From: Octopus sinensis
Lineage: Eukaryota
DNA: 64,000 nucleotides
Assembly: GCF_006345805.1 (NCBI RefSeq)
Contig: NC_042998.1
Span: 132,184,001-132,248,000 of the forward strand
Reading direction: 5' to 3'
Part shown: positions 22,828 to 37,764 of the stretch, piece after piece
Layout: each line of letters opens with the position of its first letter
How positions within the stretch are numbered: position 1 is the stretch's first letter
Program-made: the position numbers and the translations under genes
Notes under the pieces: generated by a model
The model's input: the letters and a program-made list of their open reading frames with translations, nothing else
Databases searched by the model: none
What the model was told of the DNA's origin: nothing

Positions 22828-23016
22828 CCTACACACCCAGTCCCATCTATCTACCATACCCAACTGGCGTACTTTCATCTAAGTCCATCTTCCTTTGTTT
22901 CAATACTTTTGGTTTCAATTAAATTACACTTGGTAATTCAATTAACTGTGCACATGCATTACATCATCACATAGGTATACGCAGAAAAGTCAGTGCAGGC
23001 AGACATACAGCTCGTC

Positions 23017-23058
<42 letters not shown>

Positions 23059-23559
23059 TACATACATATATACACATACATGTGCAGACATGGGTGTATG
23101 TATGTATGTATGTATGTATGTATATATGTGTGTAGATTGACAGATATACCCAGAATATTCTGATGCGTGGAGATATATACACGTACACATCTGTTTGTAT
23201 ATATGTGTGTGTGTATATATATATATGTGTGTGTGTAAGTATATATATCTATAAGACACACGTAAATATATATGTGTACACACACACAAATATATACACT
23301 TATAGAGACGTATATGTTCACACTCGCATGCACACACATGCGCACATAATGCTTCTGCCCAGCAAACTCCCAAGCCCCATTGTGCTGCACTGCTGGTGAA
23401 AATAAGCTGGAAGTCCCTGATCTGCAGTGCTGAAGGCAAAGTTCTTGTGTGTATATTACGCATATATACATATCCATGTGTTTATATGCACATGTTTGTA
23501 CACATGTATGCACATGTGTGTGTGTGTGTGTGAAAGTGTATGGAAGTGTGCATGTGATA

Positions 23560-23573
23560 AAATATGCAAAAGC

Positions 23574-23623
<50 letters not shown>

Positions 23624-25160
23624 ATATATATAGTATGTATGTATATATATATATGTATGTATGTATATATATATATGTATGTATGTATATATATATATGT
23701 ATGTATGTATATATATATGTATGTATATATATATATGTATGTATATATATATATATGTATGTATGTATATATATATATGTATGTATGTATATATATATGT
23801 ATGTATGTGTATATATATATGTATGTATGTGTATATATATATGTATGTATGTGTATATATATATGTATGTATGTGTATATATATATGTATGTATGTATAT
23901 ATATATATGTATGTATGTATATATATATATGTATGTATGTATATATATATATGTATGTATGTATATAATATATATGTATGTATGTATATAATATATATGT
24001 ATGTATATATATATATGTATGTATGTATATATATATATGTATGTATGTATATATATATATATGTATGTATGTGTATATATATATGTATGTATGTGTATAT
24101 ATATATGTATGTATGTGTATATATATATGTATGTATATATATATATATATATGTATGTATGTGTATATATATATGTATGTATGTATGTATGTGTATATAT
24201 ATATGTATGTATATATGTATGTGTATATATATATATATGTATGTATATATGTATGTGTATATATATATATGTATGTATATATGTATGTGTATGTATATAT
24301 ATATGTATGTATATATATATATATATATGTATGTATATATATATGTATATATGTATGTATATATATATATGTATGTATATATATATGTATATATGTATGT
24401 ATATATATATATGTATGTATATATATAGCGTTAAACCCTCCTTCTTCCCTTCTTTCCTGAGCGTCCAATAATACTTTATTTGTTCCATGTCCTCGCGTTG
24501 TTGTGTTTTTTTGTTTTTTTGTGTTTTCTTGTTTGGATTAACTATATATATATATATATATATATGTATTTATGTATGTATGTATATATATATATGTATT
24601 TATGTATGTATGTATATATATATATGTATTTATGTATGTATGTATATATATATATGTATTTATGTATGTATGTATATATATATATTTATGTATGTATGTA
24701 TATATATATATGTATTTATGTATGTATGATATATATATATGTATGTATGTATGTATATATATATATGTATTTATGTAGTATGTATATAGATATATGTATG
24801 TATGTATGTATATATATATTATACGTATATGTATATATATATATACGTATGTATATGTATATATAATAGTATGTATGTCTGTATATATATATATATATAT
24901 ACGTGTATGTATGTATATATATATGTTGTATTATTGTATATATATATATACGTATGTATGTATATATATATATACGTATGTATGTATGTATATATATATA
25001 TATGTATGTATGTATATATATATACGTATGTATGTATGTATATATATATATACGTATGTATGTATGTATATATATATATACGTATGTATGTATGTATATA
25101 TATATACGTATGTATGTATGTATATGTATATATACGTATGTATGTATGTATGCATATATA
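23560..25160. repeat. ~1.6-kb compound (TA)n/(TATG)n microsatellite with an embedded family-2 element
   Basis: Directly visible; source of the 509-aa and 328-aa Y/I/H/T ORFs. Confidence 0.95.
24429..24542 (+). mobile_element. 5'-truncated family-2 HHR element
   Basis: cgttaaaccctccttc...ttggattaac matches 16545-16669; embedded in (TA)n. Confidence 0.8.
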
Positions 25161-27942
25161 GCTAGATAGACGGATATGCACGCATATTTGTTGTTCCCAG
25201 CCCAGGTGCATCATCATCATCATCATCATCATCATGTACTATTACTACTACTACTACTGCAAGGGTCTCAGATGTACCATAAGGAAGTCAGCCATGACAA
25301 TGGTTAGCTACCACTCCCAGCATACAGTCCTTCTGTGTTTTAAAATAACAACTTCACCATAACTATTAGATGCTATTCATCATTTCTCATCCTCCATCTA
25401 TCTACTCCCACTCCTTCAACATGCTTCTTTCTGTTTTTTTTTTATATTTTCTTTTTACTTCTTCCTACTTTTGGTCTGCCTCATCCTCCTTCTCCTCCTG
25501 TGTCTCTATGTCTTTCCCACCTCCACCATCATCATCAGCATCATATCTTTACTTTTAATTTTTGTTGGGTTTTTTTTTTTTCTTTTTTGAAGTGTTATAA
25601 TTTTTTTCTTTTATTTTCAAGTCTTTCTTAGTTTTTTCTTTTAATGCCATTTTAAAAAGTTTTGAAAGTTTCCTTGTTCTGCAGAGGAAATTCTTCAACT
25701 CTTAACTTACTTTGTTCTTTGTCTCTTTGTCTTGTTTGTTTTGTTTTGTTTTATTTTGTTTTACTCTTTTTTTCTTTTATACTTGTATTTTTTCCCCCTC
25801 TGTTACTGCTGCAATAATTCTTTGCCATCTCCTCCCCAACCTCACAAACCTGCACTCTTATTTTTCCCCCAAAGGTGACTGACATTCTCCTCTTGACACT
25901 ACACACACACACACACACACACACATTTCTATCAAACTTGCAGTCTGTTCAAGAGAGGAGTGGACTAGCACATGTGTGTATGCGTATGAATATGAGAATG
26001 TATTGTGCGTATTTTCATTGTTGTTGAGCCCCTTTAGAGCCCTGCTTCTGCAGCAGTTCTATGATCATCAAAGAGGTTCTGGCTATTACTACTATCCCAC
26101 TCCCATAATAAATTTTATTCAGACATAGCATATCGCGGACTACATTATACAATATGCCCTACTATTTTTAAAAGAGCAAGGCATGATCTGAGGAAGAAGG
26201 CTGAGCAGACTATGTAGAGACAGAAGCATTTTGCAATGTCTTCATAGTTTTCGTGGGGAAACCAAATAGCTTAGACCCAGAGGGAACTAGTCATAGTCTG
26301 TTCTAAGAGGGAGAAAAAAATGGGAACTTGAAGATAGGCACAGATGTAGTTGTGTGGTAAGAAGCTTGCTTCCCAATCGCTTGGCACCTTGGGCAAGTGT
26401 CTTCTACTATAGCCTTGCACTGACTAAAGCTTTGTGAGTGGATTTGGTAAAGAGAAACTGAAAGAAGCCTGTCATATATGTTGAATTGCCCAGGGCTATA
26501 GTAGAATAAATAAAAAAAAAAAGGAAAGGAGAGCTCCTTATGATGCAAAGAGAAGAGTTTTTAAAACCTTTGTATATTTCAACAAACGACCCCAAAAAGA
26601 TGAAGTGCAAAGCTAACCTTGGTGGAATTTGAATGTAGAGACAGATGGAATGCCATTAATCATTTTACTAAAGATTCTGCCAGCTTGCTATCTTAAAGAA
26701 ATTATATAACCTTTTTATTTTTTTACTTGTTTCAATCATTAGGCTGTGACCAGGCTGGGGCACTGCCTTGAGGATGTTTTAGTCAAATAAATCAACCCCA
26801 GTACTTTATTTTTTTTCAAGCTTGGCACATATTTTGTTGGTCTCTTTTGCTAAACTGCTAAGTTACAGAGGTGTAAACACACTAATATCAGTTATGAAGT
26901 GGTGATGGGGGACAAACTCAAAGACACACATACACACCCATCATCATCATCATCATCGTCATCATTTAAACTTTTTACCATGCTGGCATGGGTTTGACGG
27001 TTTGACAGGAGTTGGCCATCTGAAGAGCTGCCCATACTTCATGTCTGTTTTGGCTTGCTTTTTATGGTGGGATGCCTTTCCTAACACTAACCATTTTAAC
27101 AAAGTGTATTAGGTGCTTTTATGCAGCACTGGCACAGGTTCTTTTTATGTGGCACCAGCATCCACAAACCTGCAAAGTTAGTGCTGGTGCCACAAAAAAA
27201 AAAAGCACCCATACCCGTGCCATGTTAAGGCACCCATGCTGGTGCTGCATAAAAGCATACAATACCCTCTGTGAAATAGTCGGCATTAGGATGGACATAT
27301 ACGACAGGCTTCTTTCAATTCCTGTCTACCAAATCCATTCACAAAGCCTTGGTCGGCCCAGGGCTATAGTAGAAGACACTTGCCCAAAGTATCACACAGA
27401 CTGGTGCCACGCAGGACTGAACCCACAACTATGTAGTTGGGAAGCAAACTTCTTACCACACAACCATGCCTGAGCCTATAATAACTTCTTACAGTGATGA
27501 TGATGGTGATAATGAAGGGTTATATTACGGTGTTAAGGGATCACAAATTCCAAGAATGGCCTGTAAGTTATATAAAATGACTTCAGTACATGTCTGGGAC
27601 TTTTTTCATGAATCCTAGGTATGGGTATAGCAAAGTTGACCATACCAAGATTTCGCACTGCACTTTTGTCTGGTGCTCTCCTGACTCTGCCATCCATTGT
27701 AATGCTAAGGATATCTAAGTTTGGCAGTGTGACTCCAGCATTAGTCGGGGCCAGAAGGAAACAATTTTAATGTTGATAAACTCAAACCCCCCAAAACGAC
27801 ATTTGATCTGGATATTGTTTATTGCAGTGTTTGCTATTCCTCAATCCTAACAGAATTACTATAATTACGATGATTGTTATTATTTTAGTGATGATGATGA
27901 TGATGATGATAATGATAATGATGAAGACCAACGAACATCCCA

Positions 27943-27976
<34 letters not shown>

Positions 27977-29264
27977 GCACACATTTCTGTCAACTTTTCT
28001 ATAAATGCCCCCCTTAAGTCTTTATTTAAAAACAAAAATAAAACAAGTCAAATAAACGAAAAGTAAATAAATAAAAGACAGAAAGAAAAATATGAACAAC
28101 AACAAAAATAAAACAAGATCTTGTGGGTAAATAAATATTATTGCAGATGTAGAATGAAAGGTATGGTGGGAAAACATTATTATTATTTTCTCAGCCCAAC
28201 CTTATTATCATTATTTTGAGTGATTTGAAATTATTATTATCATTATTATCATCATTATCATTATTGCTGTTGCTGTCATTATCATCATCATCATCATCAT
28301 CATATGCTGAATCAGTACAGCGATGGACAAAATTCTTTGTGTTGTTATTTAGGTGGTTTGGTCTGTACTCCCAAAGTCCAGTGAGGCTCAACTTTACCTT
28401 TCATCCATTACGGCAGGGTAGGCGATATAAAGTACCAGCCAAATCATTGTACCCATTCCCCATAAATTTTGTGGCTCTCTGTGACCATATGTGACAAATA
28501 AAAGGAGTATTTACCATTATTTTGAAATGGGTAAATCCCATGATAATACAGACTGGAAGCATATTCGTAACTGCTCTTCCTATTTGCGGTTATGCTGTTG
28601 TGAATTGCGGTGAGATGTATTTGTGCATTTATGGTCTGTTAGTAATTGTGGTAGTGAGCCATGTGGTTTGCTATCTTGCTTTCAGCTCGAGTTTTTCTTT
28701 CTTGTTTTATTAACCCCCTTACTTGGGATAGGATGTACGTGTGTTGTCGTCTGATAAAAATTCATCTTTAAATGTCAGTTGTAAAACTGAAGCAGTGCAG
28801 TACTTCTTAATACTTCTGATATTATATTTTTGTTGCAATGCACTGCTTTTCATCATCATCATCATCATCGTCACCATCCTTTACTGTCCATTTTTCATGC
28901 TGGGGTCGGACCGTTCGTTTAACCGGAGCTGGTTAAATTGAGGGCTGCACTAGGTTCCAGTCTGATTTGGTTTGGTTTCTATGACTGGATGCCCTTCCTA
29001 TCACCAACCACTTTGCAGTGTGTGCTGGGTGCTTTTAATGTAACACCAGCTTTTGTTTAAATCAATTTTGAAGATAATGAAAAATTTAGTAATATAACTT
29101 AGCCTTTATTAATCTGGTGTTTCGAAAATAAATTAACCTGAAATTTTGATGGAAGGTTTTCATTTAGACCTCTTTAAAACCATACCAAAGCTGACAGCAA
29201 GGGTTGGTGCAATTTCTGTGGAACCCTTACCAGCATGGAGAACAGACATTAGATGATGAGGACA

Positions 29265-29705
29265 ATATATATGTATATGCATATATATATATATGCGTAT
29301 ATATATATGCGTATATATATATATGCGTGTATATATATATGCATGTATATATATATATGCATGTATATATATATGCGTGTATATATATATGCATGTATAT
29401 ATATATATATATGCATGTATGTATATATATGCATGTATGTATATATATGCGTGTGTATATATATGCGTGTGTATATATATGCGTGTGTATATATATGCGT
29501 GTGTATATATATGTGTGTGTATATATATGTGTGTGTATATATATGTGTGTGTGTATATATGTATGTGTGTATATATGTGTGTGTATATATGTGTGTGTGT
29601 ATATATATGTGTGTGTATATATATATGTATATATATATATATGTAATATATATATGTATATATATATGTAATATATATATATGTATATATATATATATGT
29701 ATACA
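29265..29705. repeat. Compound (TA)/(TG)/(TGCA) microsatellite
   Basis: Directly visible. Confidence 0.95.
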
Positions 29706-29706
29706 T

Positions 29707-30090
29707 ATCATCATCATCATCATTTAGCGTCCGCTTTCCATGCTAGCATGGGTTGGACGGGTCAACTGGGGTCTGTGAAGCTGGAAGGCTTCGTCAGGCC
29801 CAGTCAAATCTGGCAGTGTTTCTACGGCTGGATGCCCTTCCTAACGCCAACCACTCCGCGAGTGTAGTGGGTGTTTTTTACGTGCCACCTGCACAGGTGC
29901 CAGACAGAGCTGGCAAACGGCCACGAACGGATGGTGCTTTTACGTGTCACCGGCACGGGGCCAGGCGATGCTGGCAACGGACACGAACGGATGGTGCTTT
30001 TACGTGCCACCGACACGGGGCCAGACAGAGCTGGCAAACGGCCACGAACGGATGGTGCTTTTACGTGTCACCGGCACAGGGGCAAGTCGA
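29707..30090 (-). mobile_element. Young RTE 3' UTR fragment with a 60-bp tandem array
   Basis: CpG-rich copy; ggtgcttttacg recurs at 29933, 29993 and 30054. Confidence 0.85.
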
Positions 30091-30140
30091 GGCATATATA
30101 TATGTATATATATGTATATATATATATATATGTATGTATA

Positions 30141-30172
<32 letters not shown>

Positions 30173-30321
30173 TATGTATATACATGTGTGTATATACATG
30201 TGTATATATACATGTGTGTATATACATGTTTGTATATACATGTGTGTATATACATGTGTGTATATACGTGTGTATATGTACGTGTGTATATATATGTATG
30301 TATATATATGTGTCTATATAT

Positions 30322-30522
30322 TCTTTTACTCTTTTACTTGTTTCAGTCATTTGACTGCGGCCATGCTGGAGCACTGCTTTTAGTCGAGCAAATCGACCCC
30401 GGGATTCATTTTTTGTAAGCCTCAGTACTTATTCTATCGGTCTCTTTTGCCAAACCGCTAAGTTAGAGGGACGTAAACACACCAGCATCGGTTGTCAAGC
30501 AATACTAGGGGGGACGAACACA

Positions 30523-30558
<36 letters not shown>

Positions 30559-30727
30559 AATATACGACAGGCTTCTTTCAGTTTCCGTCTACCAAATCCA
30601 CTCACAAGGCATTGGTTGGCCTGGGGCTATAGCAGAAGACACTTGCCCAAGGTGCCATGCAGTGGGACTGAACCCTGAACCATGTGGTTGGTTAGCAAGC
30701 TACTTACCACACAGCCACTCCTGCGCC
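30322..30727 (-). mobile_element. Full-length young SINE family A
   Basis: Colinear with 20591-20985. Confidence 0.9.
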
Positions 30728-31029
30728 AATGTGTATATATATATGTGTGTATATATATATATATACGTGTGTATATATGTGTATATATATATCTGTGTGT
30801 ATATATGTGCGTATATATATATATATGTCTAATGTATGTATGTATGTATTTATTGTCATCTATACACACGCACATTGCTTTCTCCATCACAGTGTCTCTC
30901 ATCTGATATATATATCATAAACTAATATATATACATTGATATACATGTATATGTGTGTATGTATGTGTATATATATATGCATATATATATATGTGTATAT
31001 GTGTGTGTGTGTATAAATATGTGTTTGTG

Positions 31030-31073
<44 letters not shown>

Positions 31074-31502
31074 TGGCTTCCATGAGTATAACAGTACCTC
31101 AAGGGATATATGAAGAACATCTTGTGACAATCATGACATTGCCTTACAGGCGTCCTGTGTAATTCTAGCTTGGATGTGCAATCATGTTGTGGTATTTCTT
31201 TGTCTACTGAGGAATTTCGCTTATCTTGGAATTCTCAATATTGGATTCTTTCAGCCTGCATGTTTTGAAGTCATTCCTTTGTGATACCATGTCACAGATT
31301 CTCTTCCCTACTGCCAGGAAATGGTATTTCTGTCCAATGTGCTTCTCACATCTTCTTGCATGAAACCATTTTACAACTTCTGCTCATTCTTTCTGTATTT
31401 TGCTCTCTCCTTTTTCTATTTTCATTCTATCTCTCTTCATTTTTTCCCCTCCCTCTTCTCTTCTTTCTATTTTTATTCATAGGTCATATATATTTATATA
31501 TA

Positions 31503-31730
31503 TTTCTTTATTGCCCACAAGGGGATAAATATAGAGGGGACAAACAAGGACAGACAAAAGGATTATGTTGATTACATCAACCCCAGTGCATAACTGGTAC
31601 TTTATTTATCGAGCGCGAAAGGATGAAAGGCAAAGTCGACCTCGGTGGAATTTGAACTCAGAACGTAACGGCAGATGTAATACAAACAACATTTCGCCTG
31701 GCACGCTAACATTTCTGCCTGCTCACCGCC
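31503..31730 (-). mobile_element. Full-length SINE family C
   Basis: Reverse complement of the ggcggtgagc...gttctgagttcaaattcc...gtgggcaataaagaaat consensus. Confidence 0.85.
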
Positions 31731-31732
31731 TT

Positions 31733-31774
<42 letters not shown>

Positions 31775-32484
31775 GATGATGATGATATATAATACATGCA
31801 TACATACATACATAAATACATACATACAGAGTTATCATCTTTAAGACATACACATATATATGTATGTATTCAAATCACATATATATGTATGTATTCAAAT
31901 ATGTACTTCCACGTATAAATAATTTATATTCTGTTAGCAAAATTTAAAACTGGGATGGTGCTGAACCTAATTATAAATATGTATTTATTCATTTATATAT
32001 TGCATGTGTGAATGAGTACATGTGTGTGTGTGTATGTGTGTGTGTGCAGTCATTGCTCAATGTGTCACTCAGTGGAACTGAACCTGAACTCACGTGGGTG
32101 GGAAACAAACGTCTTAGCCACGTAGTTATGCTTAGGTGCTTGCATGCACTTGTTTGTGCATGTATATTTAAAATAGGTGTATATAATTATGACACTGGAA
32201 CAGAGAGATAAGCTTCATAAAGTGATTTCCCCAAATAATGTTTTTCTTTTTAATTTTCTCAGCAATAGCAGAAAACTGAAATATGAAAACATGTATGAAT
32301 GGAGCAAAATCAATAGATTTGACCTTTCTAGATGTGCTTATGTTGCAACCATCATGGATATAAATGAATTCAATTTTATTTGCTGGTTGATACCGATTTG
32401 AAGAAGTGGAGCAGTTTGTTTGTATTTTGATATAAGGAGTTATTTAGGCAGAACTGAGTTGTTGATGTTCTTTTTTGTTTGTTC

Positions 32485-32779
32485 CTTCTTGAGCCATGCC
32501 TGGCTCATAAGGGCCGGTTTTCCCTGTTTCCTTGGCGTATAGGTTCCCCACCTGGACGGGACGCCTGTCTGTCGCAGGTGAGCTGCAAGATGCAGGAGGA
32601 AAGAGTGAGAGAAAGTTGTGGCAAAAGAATCAGCAGAAGTTCGCCATTACCTTTTGCTGGAGCTGCGAGGAGCTTAGGTGTTTCGCTTGTAAACACACAC
32701 ATCGCCCGGGCTGAGATTCGAACCTTCGATCCCTCGACCGCGAGTCCGCTGCTCTAACCACTAGGCCATGTGCCTCCAC
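32485..32779 (-). mobile_element. SINE with family B head and alternative tail
   Basis: Head ggaggcacatggcctagtggttagagcagcggactcgcggtcgagggatcgaaggttcgaatc; tail resembles family E (gaaaccggcccttatgagccaggc). Confidence 0.8.
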
Positions 32780-35082
32780 GTTGATGTTGTTGGTGTTGTA
32801 TGTCCCCGGACCTTACATTGAATGCGCAGGATGGACAGCAGTCACAACATACTGTGTTTCATCCAATGTCCAATCTGTTATTCTTATGTTTTCAGTTCTG
32901 AAGAGAAGTTCATGGTGGGCCTGGTCAAATGTGTCAACCGCTGTTCTTCTACATTAAGTCTCAGTTGATTATACACAACATAGACCAATATTTGGAACTA
33001 AAGTGGTTAATAATACTGCTGCCTTTTCAATGTTTGTTGGACTGAATCCAGTGATGTTCTGGGTTGTTATAGATATATCTGGGTGTATGACAGTAAGGGA
33101 GTGAATTGGCAGAGTTATTAGAGCTTCCAATTGTAAAGCTTTTTTAGTATTTATTCTGACTTTTGGCATTCAAAGGTCAAATCATGCTGAAGTCATCTTT
33201 GGCTTTCATTCTCTCTGGATCAATTACAGAAGTATCAGTCCAAGGGCAATGGACTAGCAGAACTATTAGAATGTTGGAGCAGATGCCTTGTGGCATCTGT
33301 TCTGGCTCTTCTGCATTTCAGAGTCAATTTCTGCCTAGGTGCATAAAAAGCACTCTTACCAACCTGCAAACACAGCATGATGAGTAAGGAAAAATTTCGA
33401 GACAAGAGCCAGTGCCAAATAGAGGGCAAACAGATGGTGCTGAGCTGAGTTGAAAGATGGGTTCTTCCAGCTGGAGAGGCAAGTGTCCTGATGAGTGAAT
33501 GAAGAAATGAATGCATGCACAACAGTGATTGAATATGAGGTAACAGTGACGGTATAGGCTAGGCTGGACCTTGCCTTACCTACAAACTGAGATACAAAAG
33601 TTGTAGAGTTGAAGTCTGGTTGTTTATTTCTTTCTTTCTTTATTTATTTATTTATTCTTTTGTGCTGTTGTTCATGTTTAACACCAGGTCAACTCTGACT
33701 GTGTAGAAAAACCTATTATCAAAAGTATTCCACCTGTAACTTATACCTCCTTTTTCTTTTCTTTCTCATTTCAGGTAAAGTATATACATCTACAACCACA
33801 ATATCTAATATGTCCATCCTTTTTATAAGACAGTAAGATGTGATCTGAGGAAGATTTGGCTACTATTTCTAGCAAGTGCAATGACCAGGTAGAAGCTTGA
33901 ACTTTGCTTGATGTTATTGGTTTTTGTTGTTGTTGTTATTGTTTAGCTCTCATCAAGCAGGCATTCAGAGGCATTCCAGAGGCATTCCAGCCCAGAGGCA
34001 TTCCATCAAGCAGGCATTCAGAGGCATTCCAGCCCAGAAGTTACAACATTTTTTTCTTTTATGACTGTGTAGGACTATATTATGCCATATGTCTTGTCTT
34101 TGCGTAATATGGTATCTTTATTTTGCAACATAAGGGATATTTGGCTTCTATTTCTATCAGGTTGTATTATAAAAATAGAGGCTCTCTAATTGTGTCCTGA
34201 TATAGTTGGTTGTTGGGTTGGGCATAGTTAATGGGTTGGTTGATGTGTGTTGGACTTTTCGTGTTAATTGGTTTCTTGTGGTGTAGTTAGATGAGTGAAC
34301 AAGGAAATCCTTCATTACTCATTCTCATCTGTATCTCAATGCCATTGGCTTCCAACAGCTAGGGTGCTATATTACATATTTTGTCCTGTAGTTTGTGTCT
34401 GAGAATAAGGAAAGATATTTGTGCATCTGGAGTGCTCAGCCACATGGTTGGTGTTAAGAGAGAGGCAATCAACCGTAAGAAACCATGCCAAAACAGACAG
34501 CCAAGTCTGGTGTAGTCTTCTGACTTTCCTGTTCTTGTCAAGCCATCCTACCCATGCCAGCATGGAAAGCAAACATTGAATGGCGACGATGGTGTTGCAT
34601 GTTAATATAATAAGTAAGAAGTTCTTTCGATCAAACTACTCATCGCTTATCATGGAAACCAATGAACCGCACTCCACTCCACGTTTGTATGCATGTGCGT
34701 ATTTGTGTGATCGTTTTCAAAGTTTTTACTTTTATGATATCTCAAAACAGATATATGTATGTGTGTGTGTGTTTGTGTGTTGTGTATGTGCATGTGTGTT
34801 TGCATTTGTGCATACATTTGTGTTTGTATTAATGCATGTGTGTGTGCGTATTTCATTAAACTCATTATTTATTTATTTAAGTTTTAACTTTCGAAGAGTT
34901 ATTTATTTATGTTGTCATTGGCGAGCCATAATCTCTGCAGTTTGGCGCCAAGGTATCTCCTGCCATGGATAGCAGATGCCTCATAAGATTTCATAGAAAT
35001 CTTTTATCTTCTGCTGCAGGCTGCACTCACAGTTCCTGGTCAAAGACAGAACGACTATCTGGCTTATTTCACTCATACGCAT

Positions 35083-35124
<42 letters not shown>

Positions 35125-35383
35125 ATACACACACAAACACACATACAGAGGCATGTGTATATATGTATATATACATTTTTTTGTATGTGTGTGTGTATAT
35201 ACATACATAAAAGAATTATAAAGTGTATACATGCACAGATCTTACATCCCCACAGCACACATGGCCGAACATACAGATGTATTAAAAATTTACTGCCTCC
35301 AGATAAATAATAAATTTATACATGTAGCTATGAATATATGTGTGCGTTTGTGTGTATATATTGATATGTGTACGTGTGTATGA

Positions 35384-35424
<41 letters not shown>

Positions 35425-35780
35425 ATATATATGAGAGAGAGAGACAAGCAGATATTCACACACAGTACTTATAGGTGCACCAGTATCCATGTTATCATCC
35501 ACGCCATCATGAATTCTCTATTTGCATTTATACATGTGTATATAATATATATATATATATATATATACGTGTGTGTGTGTGTGTGTGTGTGTGTATGCAT
35601 ATATGTATGTGTATAAGAAAATCAGATGACAAAAGAATAACTGATTATCTTTTGAACTTATTGCTGTTTCTGCTTTAAGACTCATAGTTGAGTGCCTGAG
35701 TAATACATTGCAGTTTCATCAGAGCCTTTAATATGAAGTACAGTTTATTTGGGAAAAGAATTACATTTATGTGTGTGTGT

Positions 35781-35811
<31 letters not shown>

Positions 35812-35934
35812 GGCAAAAGCATTACCAGAAACTAAATGAGATTAAGTTTAGAGTGTATAAAGATGGGTACCTCCAAATTTAGATAAAAGGTTATTAGATC
35901 TAACAGTAGCAATATATGTAAATATGTGCACATG

Positions 35935-35976
<42 letters not shown>

Positions 35977-36121
35977 GTACTATTGTTCAAGTGAGAAAGA
36001 AGTTACTATTTAAAAATATACAAATGAGAAACTCAGAGTTGTGAAAAATATAAGGCATCTACTTTCTTTTCTTTGCTACACCCTGCTGTTGCATAGAGTA
36101 CAGCAACATATTTAATCAAAC

Positions 36122-36156
<35 letters not shown>

Positions 36157-37764
36157 CACCACTCACACACATGCACACATACGCTTTCACACAATCTTTA
36201 TTGTACACATGCTCAAATTACACCTTGTCCTATTTTATGTCCAAATCCTGGGCTTCTCTGACATTTGCAGTGCTGGATATAGACATAAGCTTAACATCCC
36301 ACAGCTTAGAGCATCTCAATCCATAGGGATCTCGAAATAATTAAAAGTGTTATGCTTTCAATTTTGTGAGACTTTCTCATGTAATTTTTTCCCAACACAA
36401 GGTTCCCTCGCACGCTTTATATAGCTACATAGCTTAAGGCTTTACCCAATCTAATTCCAGTACGAAACATTAACCATAATTTACTTACACTCATAAGATT
36501 TTACTTAAACTTCATGCACACGCACATTACCACTCTACTTGTGGTCTCCTATTAACTCATATTTAACATAGATGCCTATCTACCAATTGGGTGAGATGTT
36601 TGATATCTTTTACCTGCGTCCATACACTTAGCAGGGAAAACTGTGTTTTTCAGATTGCAAACTTCAGCTGCATTCAATTTAGGCAACGCTTAGAGGGAAG
36701 TTAACAGGATTTGTTGGCCCCTGAGGAATATGGTACATGTGAATTCAACTGTTTGGTTTTTTTTTCAAAGACACAACACAGCTAAAAATAAGAACATATC
36801 TATCTATGTATGTTGTGTTTATTGCTGTGTGTATGTGTGTGCCCTTTTGTGTCTATATGCATATTATCTTTGTGTATATGCATGTTTTATCTGTATGTAT
36901 AAGTGTGTTATCTTTATGTCTATATGTGTGATATCTTTGTGTGTGTTATATATGTGTGTGTATGTGTTCTCCCTAGGAGCATTTAGAACTGACGTAGCAG
37001 TTTAAGCAATGATTTCTCACATTGGCATAAACTTTTTCCCCTTTATATGTGTGTGTGTTTGCATATGTGTATTCATTATATGCAACAGAAGCAGTTTTAG
37101 ATTAAAATAGTCATCTATATATCATGCTTAACATAAACACATTGTTGAAAGGCAAGTTTACTGTGGTATTCATTTGGAAAAAATATCTCTTATGGGCATA
37201 CTCTGTTTAAAACCACAGTATAGACATATCAAAGCCAAATGAAAATCATCACAGCAACTACTGTTAATAATGCTAGATGCACATTTCTGCCTTGCTGCAC
37301 TTTGTCAGATGCATGTGCTCACTGCCAATCTAATGCTAAGACAAAATGTATCACAGCCAGAACTGGTGTTGCAGTTAGCCTCCTGACTGAATAGAAATCC
37401 ATTATAAGCAACAGAATCAGTATTAGATGAATGTGTTGAAGCACTTATAAAACAATGTAAAAAAAACAAATTCTGTTATTTTAGAAGAAAATCAAGTCTT
37501 TTATCATCATCATCATCATCAACATTTAACATCTGATTTCCATTCTGGCATGGATTGGACTGCTTGATAGGAACTGGTTCCATGGTCTGTTTTAGCCTGG
37601 TTTCTATAGCCAGATGACCTTCCTAATACCAACCACTCCACTGAGTGTAATGGTCCTTTTTATCATGGCATCTTAGTAGCACCATAGTCAATTGCTACAA
37701 AGGTAAAGGCGATGATGATGATGATGTATCAAACTGTTGGATCAGCTAATTAGGGTGAGAGTTA

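Noticed and set aside
22959-25235. Long ORFs (509, 328, 255 aa etc.) of Y/I/H/T/M/C/V
   Set aside because: Translations of stop-free (TA)n/(TATG)n microsatellites. The same applies to ORFs at 29160-29867, 45722-46253 and 57128-57573.
36660-36740. Possible exon between AG acceptors and a gtacat donor
   Set aside because: Stops in the usable frames; no coding support.
37349-37372. tatcacagccag, 12-nt match to the miR-2 family 5' end as I recall it
   Set aside because: The remainder diverges and there is no complementary star arm upstream.
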